A stretch of 63,994 nt of DNA, filler included, from Reclinomonas americana ATCC 50394 (lineage: Eukaryota): assembly GCA_048213135.1 (NCBI GenBank). It is 5 parts of 3 records of this genome, joined end to end, with 100 filler letters (N's around TTAATTAATTAA, not from the genome) between each part and the next. Parts side by side here need not be neighbours in the genome. Positions count along the whole stretch, not along the records: positions 31,743 to 60,854 come from PS015191.1; positions 60,955 to 62,627 come from PS015196.1; 3 more parts are not named here. One strand, 5' to 3'. Below, piece by piece: positions 49,466-62,587 of the stretch. How positions within the stretch are numbered: position 1 is the first letter of the stretch; each line of letters begins with the position of its first letter. Below the pieces are notes generated by a model. It was not told the origin of the DNA, ran no database searches, and saw nothing but the letters and a program-made list of their open reading frames with translations. The position numbers and the translations under genes were made by a program.

Positions 49466-50771
49466 ATGCTGCGTCGATTGTTGCATGCACCGGCGAGTGA
49501 ATCGTATCAGCGGCAAGGCCGCGAGAAGGCACTGCATGAGCTGTCCGCGCTCAGTCGCAGCCCGGGACTGAGCACCGCCGAGCGTGCAAAGTACAGAGTT
49601 GCGTGCTTGTGGCACGTGCCCGCTGCTCACTCACTCTCACTCTTTCTCTCTTGCTGCTCAACAGACGCACGTGGAGGAGCTGAAGACCATGTGGAAGGAG
49701 AACATTAGCTGCACCACGCGAGTGTTCCTGCTGGCGCCGCTCGTGCTGTCGCTGTTGGTGTTGGCGGTGTATGTGGCGCAGCACAAGGTGGTGGCGCAGG
49801 AGGCACCGCTGCTGACTGCGCGCGAGGGCATGTGTGCCTCGTTGCCGTGGAGCTTCCTGCTCGCCGCGCTCTTGACCCTCGCCGTGCCCGTGCTCGCTGG
49901 CGCTCCACTCGGTACGTCACGCACTGCTCTCTCTCTCACTTTCCCGCACTCCTCTTGTTTTTTCTCATGGCGTGTGGCGTTGCTGCAGCGTGGTTGCACC
50001 TGGCCAACTTTGTCGGCGGTCTGCTCAACTCGGTGGCGGCGTCGTGCATTGGCGGCGTCGGTGTGCTGTGCTACGCCGGTCCGCTGCTGGCCGCACTCGC
50101 CGGCGGTCTCTACGGCAGCTCGCACTCGCTCTACGACGAGTCGTACCTGACGACGGCGTTCAGCACCGGCTCGCTGACCGGCGCCATCCTGTCGGCGGTG
50201 GTGTTCCCGCAGTTTGGCTCGTTTGCCGAGCTGCTCACCGATCTCACCGGCACCCAGTTCTACATTAGCAACGCCTGCGCTGCGTGGGAGTCGTACCCGG
50301 TCCCGGTGGCGCTGGCTGGCGCACTGGTGGCCTCGGTGCTCATTATCTCGATTGCCGGCTCGTTCCGCTCGCTGGTGCCCGAGTTTATCGTGTCGCTGGC
50401 GTTTGTGTCGCTGCTGGCCTCGGTGCTGCTCATTGGTCCGGCGCTGTTCTTCACCGACGCCCTGTCGCCATGGACTCTGTCGCAGTCGCTCGCTCGCCTG
50501 GCGCTGGTACCAGTGGCTAGGTTTGTTGCTCCTCCGTGTCTCTAGAACATGGGCTTCTGATCTAACTGTATCATGCAGCTACGTGATCGAGGCTGTGCTG
50601 CGCTCGCTGCTCGCCCGCGACGCTCTGCGACGCAGTGTGGTGGCCTCGGCACTGCTGCTGTCGCTGGCTGGAGCGCTGGCGGTTCTCGCGTACCGCGTGT
50701 CGCCTGCTGTCGCCAGCAACGCCTGCGCGGCGTACCACCACCTGGTGTCGTTCCTCACCCGCTCCCAATAA
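49466..50771 (+). CDS. Hypothetical multi-pass membrane protein, 4 exons
   Basis: Many hydrophobic helices, phase-compatible introns, and an end at FLTRSQ*. Confidence 0.7.
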
Positions 50772-50980
50772 TCCCGGAGTGCCGTCGCCCTGCATATTTT
50801 CCCTCTCCATGCATTTTTGTTGTTGTTTTCGCTTTTACTGCGGCTGGTTCCCCGACTCTTTTCTTTAAAACTGGTAGTCATGAGTGTCCTTTTTTTCCGC
50901 CTCCTTTTATGATTTGTATCAAAGTAGAGACAGAAAGAGATCCAGAGAGAGACACAGTGTACGATTTGATTTGTTCATCA

Positions 50981-53238
50981 TCACTTGCCAGTGACGGTGA
51001 TCTCGGCCAGTGGCTCCAGATACTGTGCCGCCACGTCGGCCGGCACCGGCGACGACAGCAGTGCGTCGGCCGCCAAAAATGCACTGCCGAATGCGCACGG
51101 CGAGGTCGGTCTGAAGAGCGCCACGCTGAAGGGTGCCAGGTGTGCCAGTTGCTCGTTGAGGACCGCCGCCAGGCCGCTCTCCAGCAGCTGGAAGCTGCGC
51201 CACACTGAGCCGACGCAGGCGACCGAGACGCGGAGGGTGGGGAATTGGGTCTGTAGAGGAGAAGGGAGGATGTGAGAAAAAGAGACAGGATGCAGAAAAG
51301 AGGCTGAGCGAGAGGATGGAAGATCGAGAACGGGATGCGGAGAAATGTGAAGAAAGGCAGACGGTATGTCAACAGGACAGATGCTCAAGGAGTGGAAGAT
51401 CGAGAACGGCAATGAAGCAACAGAGATGTAACAAGCAGACGGGAAGCGAGACAGGGATGCAGAAAAGAGGATGCTTGTGGTCATTGAAGGAAAAATCAAG
51501 AAAGGGATGCAGGGTGCGATATTCGAAGGATGCGAAGAGGCAGGCCGGGAAGCGAGACAGGTCTGTGCTCACGTGGATGGAAGATCGAGAGCAGGACGCA
51601 GGTAACTGTGAGGCAAGAGAGATGTGAAGAAAGGCAGACGGGAAGCGACATGGTATGAAAGATCTAGAACGGTCGTGAGGCAAGAGAGATGAGACAAGCG
51701 TGAAGTGACTCGAAGAGGATGCATGTGGTCACTTGGATAGTCAAGAGGCAAGGGATGCGGGGAGTTGAGTGGAAGACGGATGTGAAGAGGGGCGGACGGG
51801 CAGTGAGACAAGAGGATGGTCACGCACATGGACGGGACAGTCGACAAAGGGATGCAGAAACTTGTGAGATTAAAGGAGGCGAAGAGAATCATGCGGGAAG
51901 GGAGACAGGCTGCAAATTGAACGAAAATCGAGAAAGTGATGAGGTCAAAAGGATAAGAAAGGCAGACAAGAGGATGCCTGTGCTCGTGATGCAAGGCGAA
52001 AAAGAAAAACCAAGGACCTTGAAGAAGACGGATGCGAAGAGAGCGAGTTGAGATGCAGGAAATAAAGGATGGACGTGAATGGAAAGTCAGCAAGCGATGC
52101 AGTGGAGTGCGAGTGACGAGACGGGCAAATCAGATGACCAGCGCGGTGGGATGTGAGGCGGCAGGGAACAAATGGACAGAACACGCGCACGAACAGCTGT
52201 GAGAATGAATCGAGGGCAGACGCAACACTCCAATCCTCGGCTTTGATGCGTCGCAGCAGGGAGACCAGCATGCGACCGAGTTGCCGACCGGTTCGCTCGA
52301 AAATCTCCACGGCCAGCTGATCACCGTGGAAGGCCTCTGCGTGTGCGGCGTCAGAGACGTGCCCTGCACGCCCATACAAACACACACACCCACAAGCATG
52401 CATACCCTCTGCAACACACTTGCAGAACGACGCAATGTGTGACTTGGTGAAGCTGCGGTACAGCGGATCCAACATTTGCTCACGCTTGGCAATGCCAAAG
52501 TGCGCCAACATGCGATCGTGCAGGCGAGTGGCGTCGCAGTCGGCGGCGTGGTCCATGGAGCGGAAAATGCGCTTCAGTGCTCGACTGGCCACCGCGTACG
52601 CCGAGCCCTCGTCGCCAATCAAATGGCCCCAGCCGCCTGTGCGCTGCGTCTGATCGCTCTCGCCCGCCAGTCGCATCATGCCGATCGAGCCCGTGCCCGA
52701 GATGAGCACAATGCTGGCTCCGGCACCGGTGATGGGTGCCAGCATGGACAGCGGTGCAAAGGCGTCGTTGCGGATGATGAACTGGGCGGCCACAGCCGGG
52801 TCCAGTGCGCGGATGGCGGACTCCAGGTGTGCCTTTTCCTCGTCGCGGTCGATTCCGCTCAGGCACAGGCCCTGTGATGAGAGAGTGAGCTTGAAGGAAA
52901 AGAGATTGCGGGGGAGAAAAATGCATGCACCACTGCGGCCAGTGGTTGATCGGCGGGGACTCCACATTGCTCCTTGCATTGTCGCAGCAGCTGCACCATG
53001 ACGTGTGCGCAGGCGTCGATGCCGACCAGGAACTGGTTCGAGGCCATGCCAGTGACGGGGGCGGAGAGAACGGGAGCGCCAGTGTGGGCGTCGATCACCA
53101 CGGCGATTGTTTGGGTGGCGCCACTGAAAGTACGGAGAGTGAGGAGGGGCGGGGTGGGAAGGGAGAGGGAGAGAGAGAGATGTGGTGATAGTGCAGTTAC
53201 CCCTCGATGCCTGCAACCAGAACCCGCTCGCTGCTCAT
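50981..53238 (-). CDS. NAGK: N-acetyl-D-glucosamine kinase (BadF-type ATPase fold)
   Basis: VAGIEG/GATQT, GLCLSG, IVLISGTGS, GGWGHLIGDEGSAY, FTKSHIASF, and a last exon with VACVGSVWRSF after a 976-nt intron (51251-52226). Confidence 0.92.
51251..52226 (+). repeat. Long NAGK intron built from shuffled degenerate purine-rich modules
   Basis: Recurring GGATGCAGAAAAGAGG, GGAAGATCGAGA, GTGAAGAAAGGCAGACGG and GGGAAGCGAGACAGG. Confidence 0.7.
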
Positions 53239-53349
53239 TTGCTGTGATATGACGATATGATTTTCCGTGGAGGACACCGGGAAGTTGGTTCAAAACAAAG
53301 AAGCTGCATTCATTAAACATGCACACGCATCAGGATCGACATTATTATA

Positions 53350-54448
53350 TCACTGAGCATGACGAGTTGCGGCTGGCTGCGCGCGGGCGATGTGGGCTGC
53401 CAAAAACTGGTCCATGCCGCGGCAACGTATGAGCTGAGGCACCTCAAGCGCCTCCCGGCACCAGGGACATCTCGAGTCTTGGCGGTTCTGCAGAAGCTGG
53501 TGATCCAAGCTCCTCTGCGGAATTCGAAGTGCACTGCTTAAGAACCAGTCGATGCATGGAGATTGCATGCAGACAAATAAGCACACTCACCGCAAAGCAG
53601 CTGCCGCAGGCCATCGCGGAGCAGTGCGGACACATGTGTGTCTCGCGCAAAAGGTTGGTACACACAGAACACGAGAAGTGCTCTCCGACAAGGTCGGCAG
53701 CCGGTGCAGCGGCGCCGGCATGATCATGAGCGCGGTGTCTCTCCGGCCCGGCAGGGGCGCCGGCAGCGTTGGGTGCAGCGCGCTGTGGAGCTTGTTGGGC
53801 CACTGGCGCAGCGGGACGCTGCGGTGGCTGTGGTGGCTGCGGAGGTGCCGCCCGCTGAGGTACTGGAGCTGGTGCCAGCGGCTCGTCCTCGTCATCATCC
53901 ATCCACTCACAAATGAAGTTCCCGAACGCGTCAGTGTCGAGTTGTGTGTCAAATGCGCGTCTCTTCGCCTGGTCCTTGTTGGTTGTGGTCGGTGCACTGT
54001 CACCTGGGTTGAAGGCGAGACGCACGCCCTCTTGTCGAAGCAGCTGGGCAAAGGCAACGAGGCCCTGCATGATCAAACGTCAGTACAATTGCAGTGTGAT
54101 CACACAGACAACTCCTCTCCACGGACAAACCGGTCGCATGTAGCAGCGATAGGAGAAAGAGTACGGTGCCGCGTCGGCAGGCTTCTCGCACATGTACACC
54201 GCCAAGCCTCGCAGCAGGTGGAAGAATGAATCGCGGTTGGCGGCAAAATCTCGGCGGCATGCGGCATTCGCACGGGCGGTGTTACCGAGAGTGGAGGGCG
54301 CAATGCAACTGCAGCCCGTCTCCTTCAGCAGGGAGGTGAGACACTCGACGGTGTACTTGTACTCGTCCGCGCCAGCGATGAACTCGCGGCCCCACTTGAC
54401 GAGGACGTCGACGGCCTTGCGGGTGTTGCGTGAGTGGTGTTGGTCCAT
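53350..54448 (-). CDS. RING-finger protein with a TRIM37-type (C4C4) RING at the C-terminus
   Basis: FSCSVCTNLLRETHMCPHCSAMACGSCF/...RCPWCREALEVPQLIRCR across an intron. Confidence 0.8.
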
Positions 54449-54600
54449 GGTGCACGTGAGGATCTGGAGGAGAGAGGAGGGAGGAGGGAAGAGGAGAGAA
54501 GACAAGGGGAGGAGGGGGGAGGGAGAGAAGAGCCCGCGCTCGCAAGAGACAGAGAAACGATGAATGAACGTTACTCGTCGTGTTTTGCAAGTTTTATGGC

Positions 54601-54658
54601 GCGGATTTGTGGCGGATTTGGCGGATTTTATATTGCCGGATCTCGCCGGATTTCGCGG
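54601..54658. promoter_or_regulatory. Five copies of [G/C]CGGAT[T/C]T in a divergent intergenic region
   Basis: Copies at 54601, 54612, 54621, 54636 and 54646. The regulatory role is inferred from position only. Confidence 0.45.
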
Positions 54659-55022
54659 GGCAGATCAATGCATTCCTGGGCTAATTATATTTATGCGTGT
54701 ATGCGTGCTCGTGTCTAAGCTCACAGTCACCGTGGTCAACTGTTCAAGACCGCACTGGCAATATCGAAATCGATATCACGCATATGATCACTGATGCATG
54801 CGCATGCGCAGCGACCACGGCCACAGGCTGGAACACACGAGCGCTGCACTATCCCTATTTGTGTGTACATTCTGCGGTATGTGCGAGCCGCGCCCGAGAG
54901 AGGAATCAGGGACGGGTGTGCGTGTTCGATTTTGCAAGTGTCCTTTCACTCTCGTCCTTCATCAAGTCGCCACACGCGCACGCACGCACGCACACTGTGG
55001 GTCATCCCCACGACAGGTTCCG

Positions 55023-58000
55023 ATGGTGATCCTTGCTCTCCTGTATACGTTCCTCGCCATCCTCGGCACCTGGTTCACCTTCAGGGTCTTTCGAAGACGC
55101 CGTCCATCAGTGCAACCTCCACAGGCTGCGGCCGATGGTGCTTCAGCTGGTGACACCAGCAGCAACAACAACCAAGGAAAAGGCGATGCTGACAGCACTA
55201 CTGCATCTGCTACCGCCGCCGCCGCCAACGCCAGACGAGGGGCTGCCAGTGGTGCTGGCAATCGGAAGGTGCAGGGATGTGGGGGACGGAAAAATTTATT
55301 GAGTGCAGCCAAGTCGCTCACTCTTGCATTCCACTCAGACTCCAGCAACAGCGGCTGCAGGCGAACCTGTGACTGCATCAGCATTCAGCCGTGACAGACA
55401 GAAGCAGGCGCCAGTGCTGTTGAATGTGCGCATGCGCGATGCAGTGGTGACCGATCGCGTGTGCGGTTCGGTGGATCCTTATTGCATGGTCGGTGTCGCA
55501 GCCGACCGCTCCCGTGCAGATCACCGTGTTGCGTCATGAGTGTTTACTACGCCATGATCCCCTTGCATGTGGCTGATCGCTTCGTCAAACAGCGACCAAT
55601 GCACATCATTTTTGTGATTGATCGAAGTGGCAGCATGCGCGAGTCAGCACTGCATGCCTCCGGCAGCTCCGATGTCAGCAAGCTTACACAAGTGCAAGAT
55701 ACTCTCCGGCAGTTGCTGCTCATGCCACACTGCACCGGTAATGTGGTGTTGCCACAATAGTCGTCCTTGCAGGCCATGACTTCTCTTATGCCTGCAATCG
55801 CCCACAGAGGTGCTGTTGCCGCGGAGGGCAGAGTCTTCAGCGCACGCTGACAATCATCATCGCGTCAGCTTGGTCGCCTTCTGTCGCACTGTGTCGCAGC
55901 CACAAAACGCCATCACTCGAGACGGCGATGTCTCTGATGCGGTGGTAAACGACTTCCTCAACCGCACCCTGGAGGAGAGCAATAGGAACAACACCGCCGC
56001 ATTCTTCCAGGCACTGGAACGGGGCATTCACGAATCAACAAGTTAGTTCGCCCGTGAGATGTTGCACGCTGACGACTGACGGTCTCCTTTTGTGTCACCG
56101 CTGCAGAAACGCTATCGACGCACACACCCTGTGTGGTCTTCCTCACCGACGGACTTCCAACTGTGGACAACGTGAGCAAAGCAACAGATGCATTCCTTGA
56201 CCGGCACCAACGCTTCCACCGCGATTACCAGGGAGCTGACCGTGCCTACATTCGATTGTGCACACTTGGCTACTTCGCCTCGGACGAGGAAAGCACTGAG
56301 GGTGCGTGTATCTTTGTGTGTTGCTGAGTTGACGAATGCCCGCGCTCATGAGCTCCCCGACACCTTCACAAAGGTGGTGACTTGCTCCGCCGTATTCGCA
56401 ACCACTTTGATGGACACTATGTCGATGTGGCCAACTCTCCGAGTGTCGACCAGGCTGTGGGCCGCGCTCTGGACTGGATTCTTGCTGTGGTGTTGCCACG
56501 CACAGAGCTCGTCATCGAAATTGCCACTGCAGCAGGTGAGTAGTAGCTCGTTGCATTCAATGGAGGAGGTTGTATTCTCCTTTCATCACCCTGCAATGGA
56601 CTTGTAACCACCACGCCCTCACACTCAGATGATAAAGATGACGAATCCGGCGTTGATGTCAACGCTGCTGCCACTCAGCTGCCTGCGAGCGACTACGTTG
56701 ATCAAGTCCTCGCTAGTTCGGTGTCAGTACGACCAGACGAGTCGTCGTCTAATAGCATTCGAATTCGCCTCCCGCCAGTGCACTTCGGTGCTGAGGTGCC
56801 AGTCGTTATGCGACTGCGTATGCGTCAACGGGCCGGGGAAGGAGACGCCGAGGCCAGTCACGAAGGTGAATCCTACTGGTTTTTGACCACGCGCAGCAGT
56901 GGGTGAAGGAACCAACATCATCTATGTGTGTGTGCAGGCCCCATTCAAGTGCGCTACAAATTACTCGATGCGGATAGTGGAGACTGCGTTCTCGGATGTG
57001 GTAGCTCGCGACCGCTGTTCACAACGCAGGCGCGGGCTGCAGCCCCGCCGCCCGTTGGTACGTGAAGTACAATCTTAGACCGCATTAGCAGTCGCCGTTT
57101 GACTCAGATGGTGTCCTTCAGTTTGTGACGTCCAGCAGCCAGCGACCGAGGACGAGGTAGCCATTCGCAGTGCTGTTTTGGAGTTCCGACTGCAGCAGAT
57201 GCTTCATGAAGCAGTTGTGGATCGACATGTCATGTATCACCCGGGGAGTGTGCGCCGGTAAGTTCCTCGAGCAAACCTGCGTGGCTCTCTTGAGACTCAA
57301 CGTGCCTATGTCCACAACAGAGAGGCGCCTGTCGACGATGCCCCGTCCGGTGTGCCGATGGTACCCGACCTTCCACCGCAGCTTCAACGGCACAATCGGG
57401 AAACGGAGCGCGATTACAGAATGCGCATCCGCGAGGTGATTGAGGAAGAAGTCCACGACATATCGCAGCTGGAGCCCCACGCCGCCGACGATGAGCGAAT
57501 GCAGGACGCGGTCAGAGCGGTAACCAGTTGTTGAATTCCAATTCTCTCTCAGACAAGCAATGTTGACGCCTTTTCTTGTTTTGTGCAGCGCCTTCGCGTC
57601 ATCGACACGGTCACTACGATGTCGGCGCTTGCTGACTTCGAGTCAGACCAGTGCAAGCAGCGCTTGTTCGCGACGGATTCAGCACTGAGTGGATTGCAGG
57701 CGCGACTAAGCGATCTCCGTTGCGTGTGCACGCGCTGCGGAAGCTCACTTCACACTAAATTACACGTCACTTGTTGCTGACCTGTGTTTCAGGCTCCAAC
57801 CACGTGTGGAAAATCAAATTGGAGCAGGTATCGTTCTCGTGACTGTGCCTGTTCTTGTCGCGGGTATTAACTTGCACACTGCTGCATGCTGCAGATTGCA
57901 CCACCATTCGATGCATCACGGATGCTGGTCGAAGGAGGCGATGCTGACATTGTCGGCGCTGTGGTAGGCACTGTGGACGGTGAAGTAACGTGCCGTCTCA

Positions 58001-59558
58001 GCGTGGAAGATTGGGCGGATTCAGCGCAGCCCCAGCTGAATCCGACCGGTTGGACTGCCCAACTGGACGCCACCGGCAGTGTTTCCTGTGTGCCGAAACT
58101 CGTGCAGTCGGCGGATGGAAGCCCGCAGATTGTGCGGATGCTGCTGCCCACCAAGGTACGCAACTTCCGGAGGTGGTCGTAGTGTCTCGCCGACTCTGCT
58201 CTTACTTGCTAGCGCTGCTGCCTGCTTGTGCGTCTTCAGTCAATGTCGAGGAAACTTTGTGCACTCCGAGTGTCGATCTACGGTGCCGATGAATCGCAGC
58301 CCACTCAAGAGCGTGTCGTGTCCGTCTTATTCGACGTGAAGGCCGGTAGGCAACTCTTGCATCGCCTTCTTGCTGTCAGCAATATATCTTCTCACCGTGT
58401 GTCCACCTGACAAAAGCTGAGGCTGTTGCGGTTGCTGTAGTCAGACGGTCAGTCGCCACAAGTGCGCGTGTTCTCACATGGATCTCAGTGCGTTGCTGAT
58501 GTCTTGCAACCATCACAGCAATGCAATTGCAAGTTCCAGCGTCCCCCGATTGGTCAACGTTGTCAATCTGCATCACATGGCGGCTGACCACTCGTGGCCG
58601 CGGACGATTAGAGTCGTGTTGCAAGACAAGTATGGGAACTTGCTCGGCGTCAACTCGTTGCCGAACTGTGATCGACAGTCGTGCGTCAACGTGTATATAC
58701 TGTGCGCAGCGGGGGTTCGTATATTTGTCTTCTAACTTGAACACGACGACGATGCAGAGTGCTGTTTGTCTTCGAAGAAGAAGGGGTGCGTAATTGTTAT
58801 CTGCAACCATGACGATTGATTAACATCGGATGCTGATCTGAAGATGTGCTGTATACAGACACGAACAGTAGTGCCGCTGTCTGTCACCTGCAAGGACGAT
58901 GACGCCGATTATGCACGTGAACTCGAGGATGTTGCACACATGGATGTCATTTTCCCGTATACCGGCCTATTTCGCGTTGAGGAATTCGCCGACATTTCGC
59001 GCAAGTTCAGAAGGGTGCGCGGAAAACTGGTGGCCGAGTTGGACCGGGGACGTCGTGTCGATTCGGCCACGTTGAATGTCAATGTGGAACAACGTTGCGA
59101 ACCGAGTGTGTTTTCTCCCACACGCTCACGTAATTGTTCCTCACCGTGTCTGTATGTGATGATCATCTGCGTGCGCAGGAGAGAGGGCGACCGTTAACGT
59201 CGCGACACTGCGAGAATCGCTGAAACCGATTGGTGCTCGGGGGTCACCAGCACCGTCCTCTCCTGCTGCGTCTATATTCCCTGGACAGTCACCACCCCAT
59301 GTCGGCGCTGCAGCTGTGGCGGGAGCTGCAGACAAGGAGATAGTGGGTTCCCCGTCGCGGATGGTCGCGCTGAGGCCAATAGGTTTTCCCGGGTCGCCGG
59401 TTGCCGCAGCAGAATCACCCTCTTCGAGCTCGGGCTCGCCTGGATTTAGGGCAAGTGGGCAAATATCGCCACAGTCCACAGCCACGGCTGCTACTCCTCC
59501 AGCTGACGAGGTTGAATCGCCGACGCAGAATCGTGGGGCTTTGCGTGTGCGCGTGTAA
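55023..59558 (+). CDS. Signal-anchored VWA-domain protein with possible Ig-like domains and a Ser/Pro-rich tail
   Basis: N-terminal TM (MVILALLYTFLAILGTWF-RRRR), MIDAS motif IIFVIDRSGSM, VVFLTDG, then VVLQDKYGN. Ends ALRVRV*. Confidence 0.75.
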
Positions 59559-59984
59559 ATTTAAATTAAATGCAAAACAACTTCTTGATATCGGCTCGTA
59601 TTCTGGTGCGGGGCGTGTTTTCTCGCACAACAAAAACAACAAATTTCATTCACCAGCAAACAAGCAACACCTGTCTTGATGACCAAGTTCAACCGTATCC
59701 AAAACATCAACACAGACACCAATCTTGAGGTCAACAGGTTCCTTGTGCGTGTGTGTGTTCACTCTCGGAGCGCAAGCTCCGAACAAGTCGAGAACTGCGA
59801 TATCGATTTTCTTCATTCTTGATCGTCCAGCGTGGTGATCTTGACACTGATGCACATGCTTCTCAGATCACTACAGTTATTCCCGCGCAGATGAGCAAGC
59901 CTTCCCAGCAAAAAAACAAAAACAAAACTGGACCTTCATCAGACGCCCGTTCAACGAAACTTGACAAACTCCCTCTCTGCCAAC

Positions 59985-60827
59985 ATGGCCTCCGCAGGTG
60001 CACTCGAACCCCAACCACCATCACACTGCACCTCCCCAACTCACCCTTGTCCCACACCTCCGCAGATGCATCACCTCGCAGCACCTCCCCCATGATCCCC
60101 TTGTCTCCCGCGCAATCGTCGCCCGCCAACAACGCCTCACGCGCCGGTGTCGCCACGGCTGCCGCCACTCACAACGATTTCGACGATGACGACGACGATG
60201 GTGGTGGTGGTGGTGGCGACGAACATGACGACGGTGTTGGTCTCGGCAGTGGTGGTGGTCGTCGAACCCTGCCATTCTCATTGTTTCGTGTGTGTGTGTG
60301 ATGTTCCTCTCTCTCTCTCTGTCGTTCACGCTGAGAGTGTGCACACAGAGATGCTTCGCGCGAGAACAGTCGCTCTGGCATCGACGAGGAGGATCACACA
60401 CCGTTGCCGAGCGATGGGAGATTACGATTGCCGCCATTGCAGCGATGTTGCGCGCTTGTGCGGCTCGCCACGCGAGGAGAGAGATGCCATGCACTCACTC
60501 TCATTCTCCTGTCCTTCTCGCGCACAGCCGCACTCGCCTCATCCGCCGCCTCGTCGACTCGATCGCAGCAAGCACGATCACATCCACTCGCTCATCTCGG
60601 CCTGGACGAGGAAGACATTGTGGCACCGTCGCGACGGCGGCGAGGCCGTGGACCTCGCAACGAGTTCGACGTGGAAGGGAGTGCACCGGTGACGGTGGGC
60701 GACGGTGGTCAACGCACCCGCCGGAGGGAGCTCAAGTTTGTGGAGGGTGTGTTGTCTACGAAGCAGCTGCTTTGCAGTGCCGTGTTTCTCATCCCCCAGC
60801 TGTCGGTGTGTGCGTACACGCTGGCAG
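59985..60827 (+). CDS. Hypothetical protein, 3'-partial (disordered N-terminus, then the start of a hydrophobic segment)
   Basis: Spliced exons from MASA/DASPR to LLCSAVFLIPQLSVCAYTLA, truncated at the gap. Confidence 0.5.
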
Positions 60828-60898
60828 GTGAGACTGGTGGCTTTCGACAACTGCNNNNNNNNNNNNNNNNNNNNNNNNNNNNNNNNNNNNNNNNNNNN

Positions 60899-60910
60899 TT
60901 AATTAATTAA
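60899..60910. other. Artificial scaffold linker
   Basis: TTAATTAATTAA in an N block. Confidence 0.95.
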
Positions 60911-60954
60911 NNNNNNNNNNNNNNNNNNNNNNNNNNNNNNNNNNNNNNNNNNNN

Positions 60955-61712
60955 CTTCTTGTCCTCCAAGAGGCCAGCTGGTTCTGCAACAGGGAATGAA
61001 ACAACGACAATCCATGAGGAAGAACAAGAACAAGAACAAGAACAAGAAGAAGAGGAAGAAGGAAAAGAAGAAGAACAAGAAGAAGAAGAGAGAGAGAGGA
61101 GAAGAAGCAAGCGGATGAGAAGGAGGGAGAGAAACGATGCACGCTCCATCTTCATCATCATCATTCAGCATAACATTGAGAGGAAAGCAGATGAGGAGCT
61201 CAACACAGTCACACAAACCCACAGAAGGGAGAGAGGGAGAGAAAGCACGCACAGCTGTGGCCGCAAGGAGAGCACAAAGAGTACGACGACAACACAAGTG
61301 CAACAAGCACAAGGAGAAGAGACAGAGATGAGGATGCACACACACACACACACACACCTTCCTTGGCAGTAACACTGGTGGTGATCACAGACGTGGAAGA
61401 AGAAGAAGAAGAGGAAGAAGAAGAAGAGGAGGCAGGCACTCGTCGCTTCGCCATCGCAGGCACACCACGATGAGCAGACGACCCCAATTCGCTCTTCTTC
61501 TTCTTCTTCTCATCATCATCATCGTTGCTGTTGATGGAGAGAGAAGAATGCATCATCGCCATCGTCATCGTCACGTGCTGCTTGCTATCGACGAGCATCA
61601 TGTCTGCTTTCTCGTCGTCGCACGGAGAAAAGGCAGACATTGACAGCGATTGAGTTGTTGTTGCTGTTGAGTGAGGGCGTGGAGGAGGAGGAGGGTGTCG
61701 ACGAGAGGCCAT
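60955..61712 (-). CDS. N-terminal part of a hypothetical protein that probably continues at 62728 (+)
   Basis: MASRRHPPPP...TAKE/EPAGLLEDKK joins in frame to KRRHK at 62728. Confidence 0.55.
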
Positions 61713-62116
61713 CTGTGTGTGTCTTTGTTATAGCACACACGCGCGCACTGCGTGATGCAAGAAACGAAGAGAGAGAATGAAGATTCGTTGATCCGAACAG
61801 CAAGATGAAAAAGATGACAAGTCGTGATGTGAAGGGGGAGGAGGAGGAGGAGCGAGGTGAGAAAGGAAGAGAGGGAGGAGAGATATGTCAGAGAACTGGG
61901 CAACCATCGGGGCATCGTCAACTGCGATTGTTCTCCATGACCAGCTACGCATGTCTTTGTTTTGGATCTCTCTCGCGGAGAGAACATGGATCAGGGGAAG
62001 CTGGTGCTGATATGCTGATGGACACAATAACACCTCACTGAGAACAGCAGAGCACATGAGATTGCAGTGCCAAGTTCACTTGCCACAAACAGAATCACTT
62101 GCGCCTGTTTCTCCGA

Positions 62117-62587
62117 TTACTCCATGAACCAGCCATGGGTGGCGAGGAACGACTGACCCGTCAGCGCCTTCGAGGGGAAGGCGGCGAGGAAGGCTGCCAG
62201 TTCCTCAATGTCCTCGACAGTGGTGNNNNNNNNNNNNNNNNNNNNAACTCGCCGTCCACAGTATCCTTGAGCATCACCTTCTTCACCACGTCCTCCTCGC
62301 TAATGCCGAGGGATTTCGCCTGCTCCGGAATCTGCTTCTGCACCAGCGGCGTCAACACAAAGCCGGGGCAGATGACATGCGAGCGAATGTTGTGCGGGGC
62401 GCCCTCCTTGGCCACCGCCCGGCACAGACCCAGCATGCCGTGCTTGGCGGAAATGTACGGCGCCTTCAACAGCGACGCGGTCTTGCTGTGCGCCGAGCCC
62501 ATGTAGATGATGGTGCCGCCGGCTTTCGAGGCCTGCATGGCGCGCACGGCGGCGCGGGTGCACAGGAAGGCGGCGTCGAGGTGGACG
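62117..62587 (-). CDS. D-3-hydroxybutyrate dehydrogenase, bacterial type (SDR), 5'-partial
   Basis: VHLDAAFL...IIYMGSAHS...YISAKHG...[21 protein letters not shown]...TVDGEF-TTVED...[15 protein letters not shown]. It is preceded by a polypyrimidine tract and a CAG acceptor. Confidence 0.92.
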
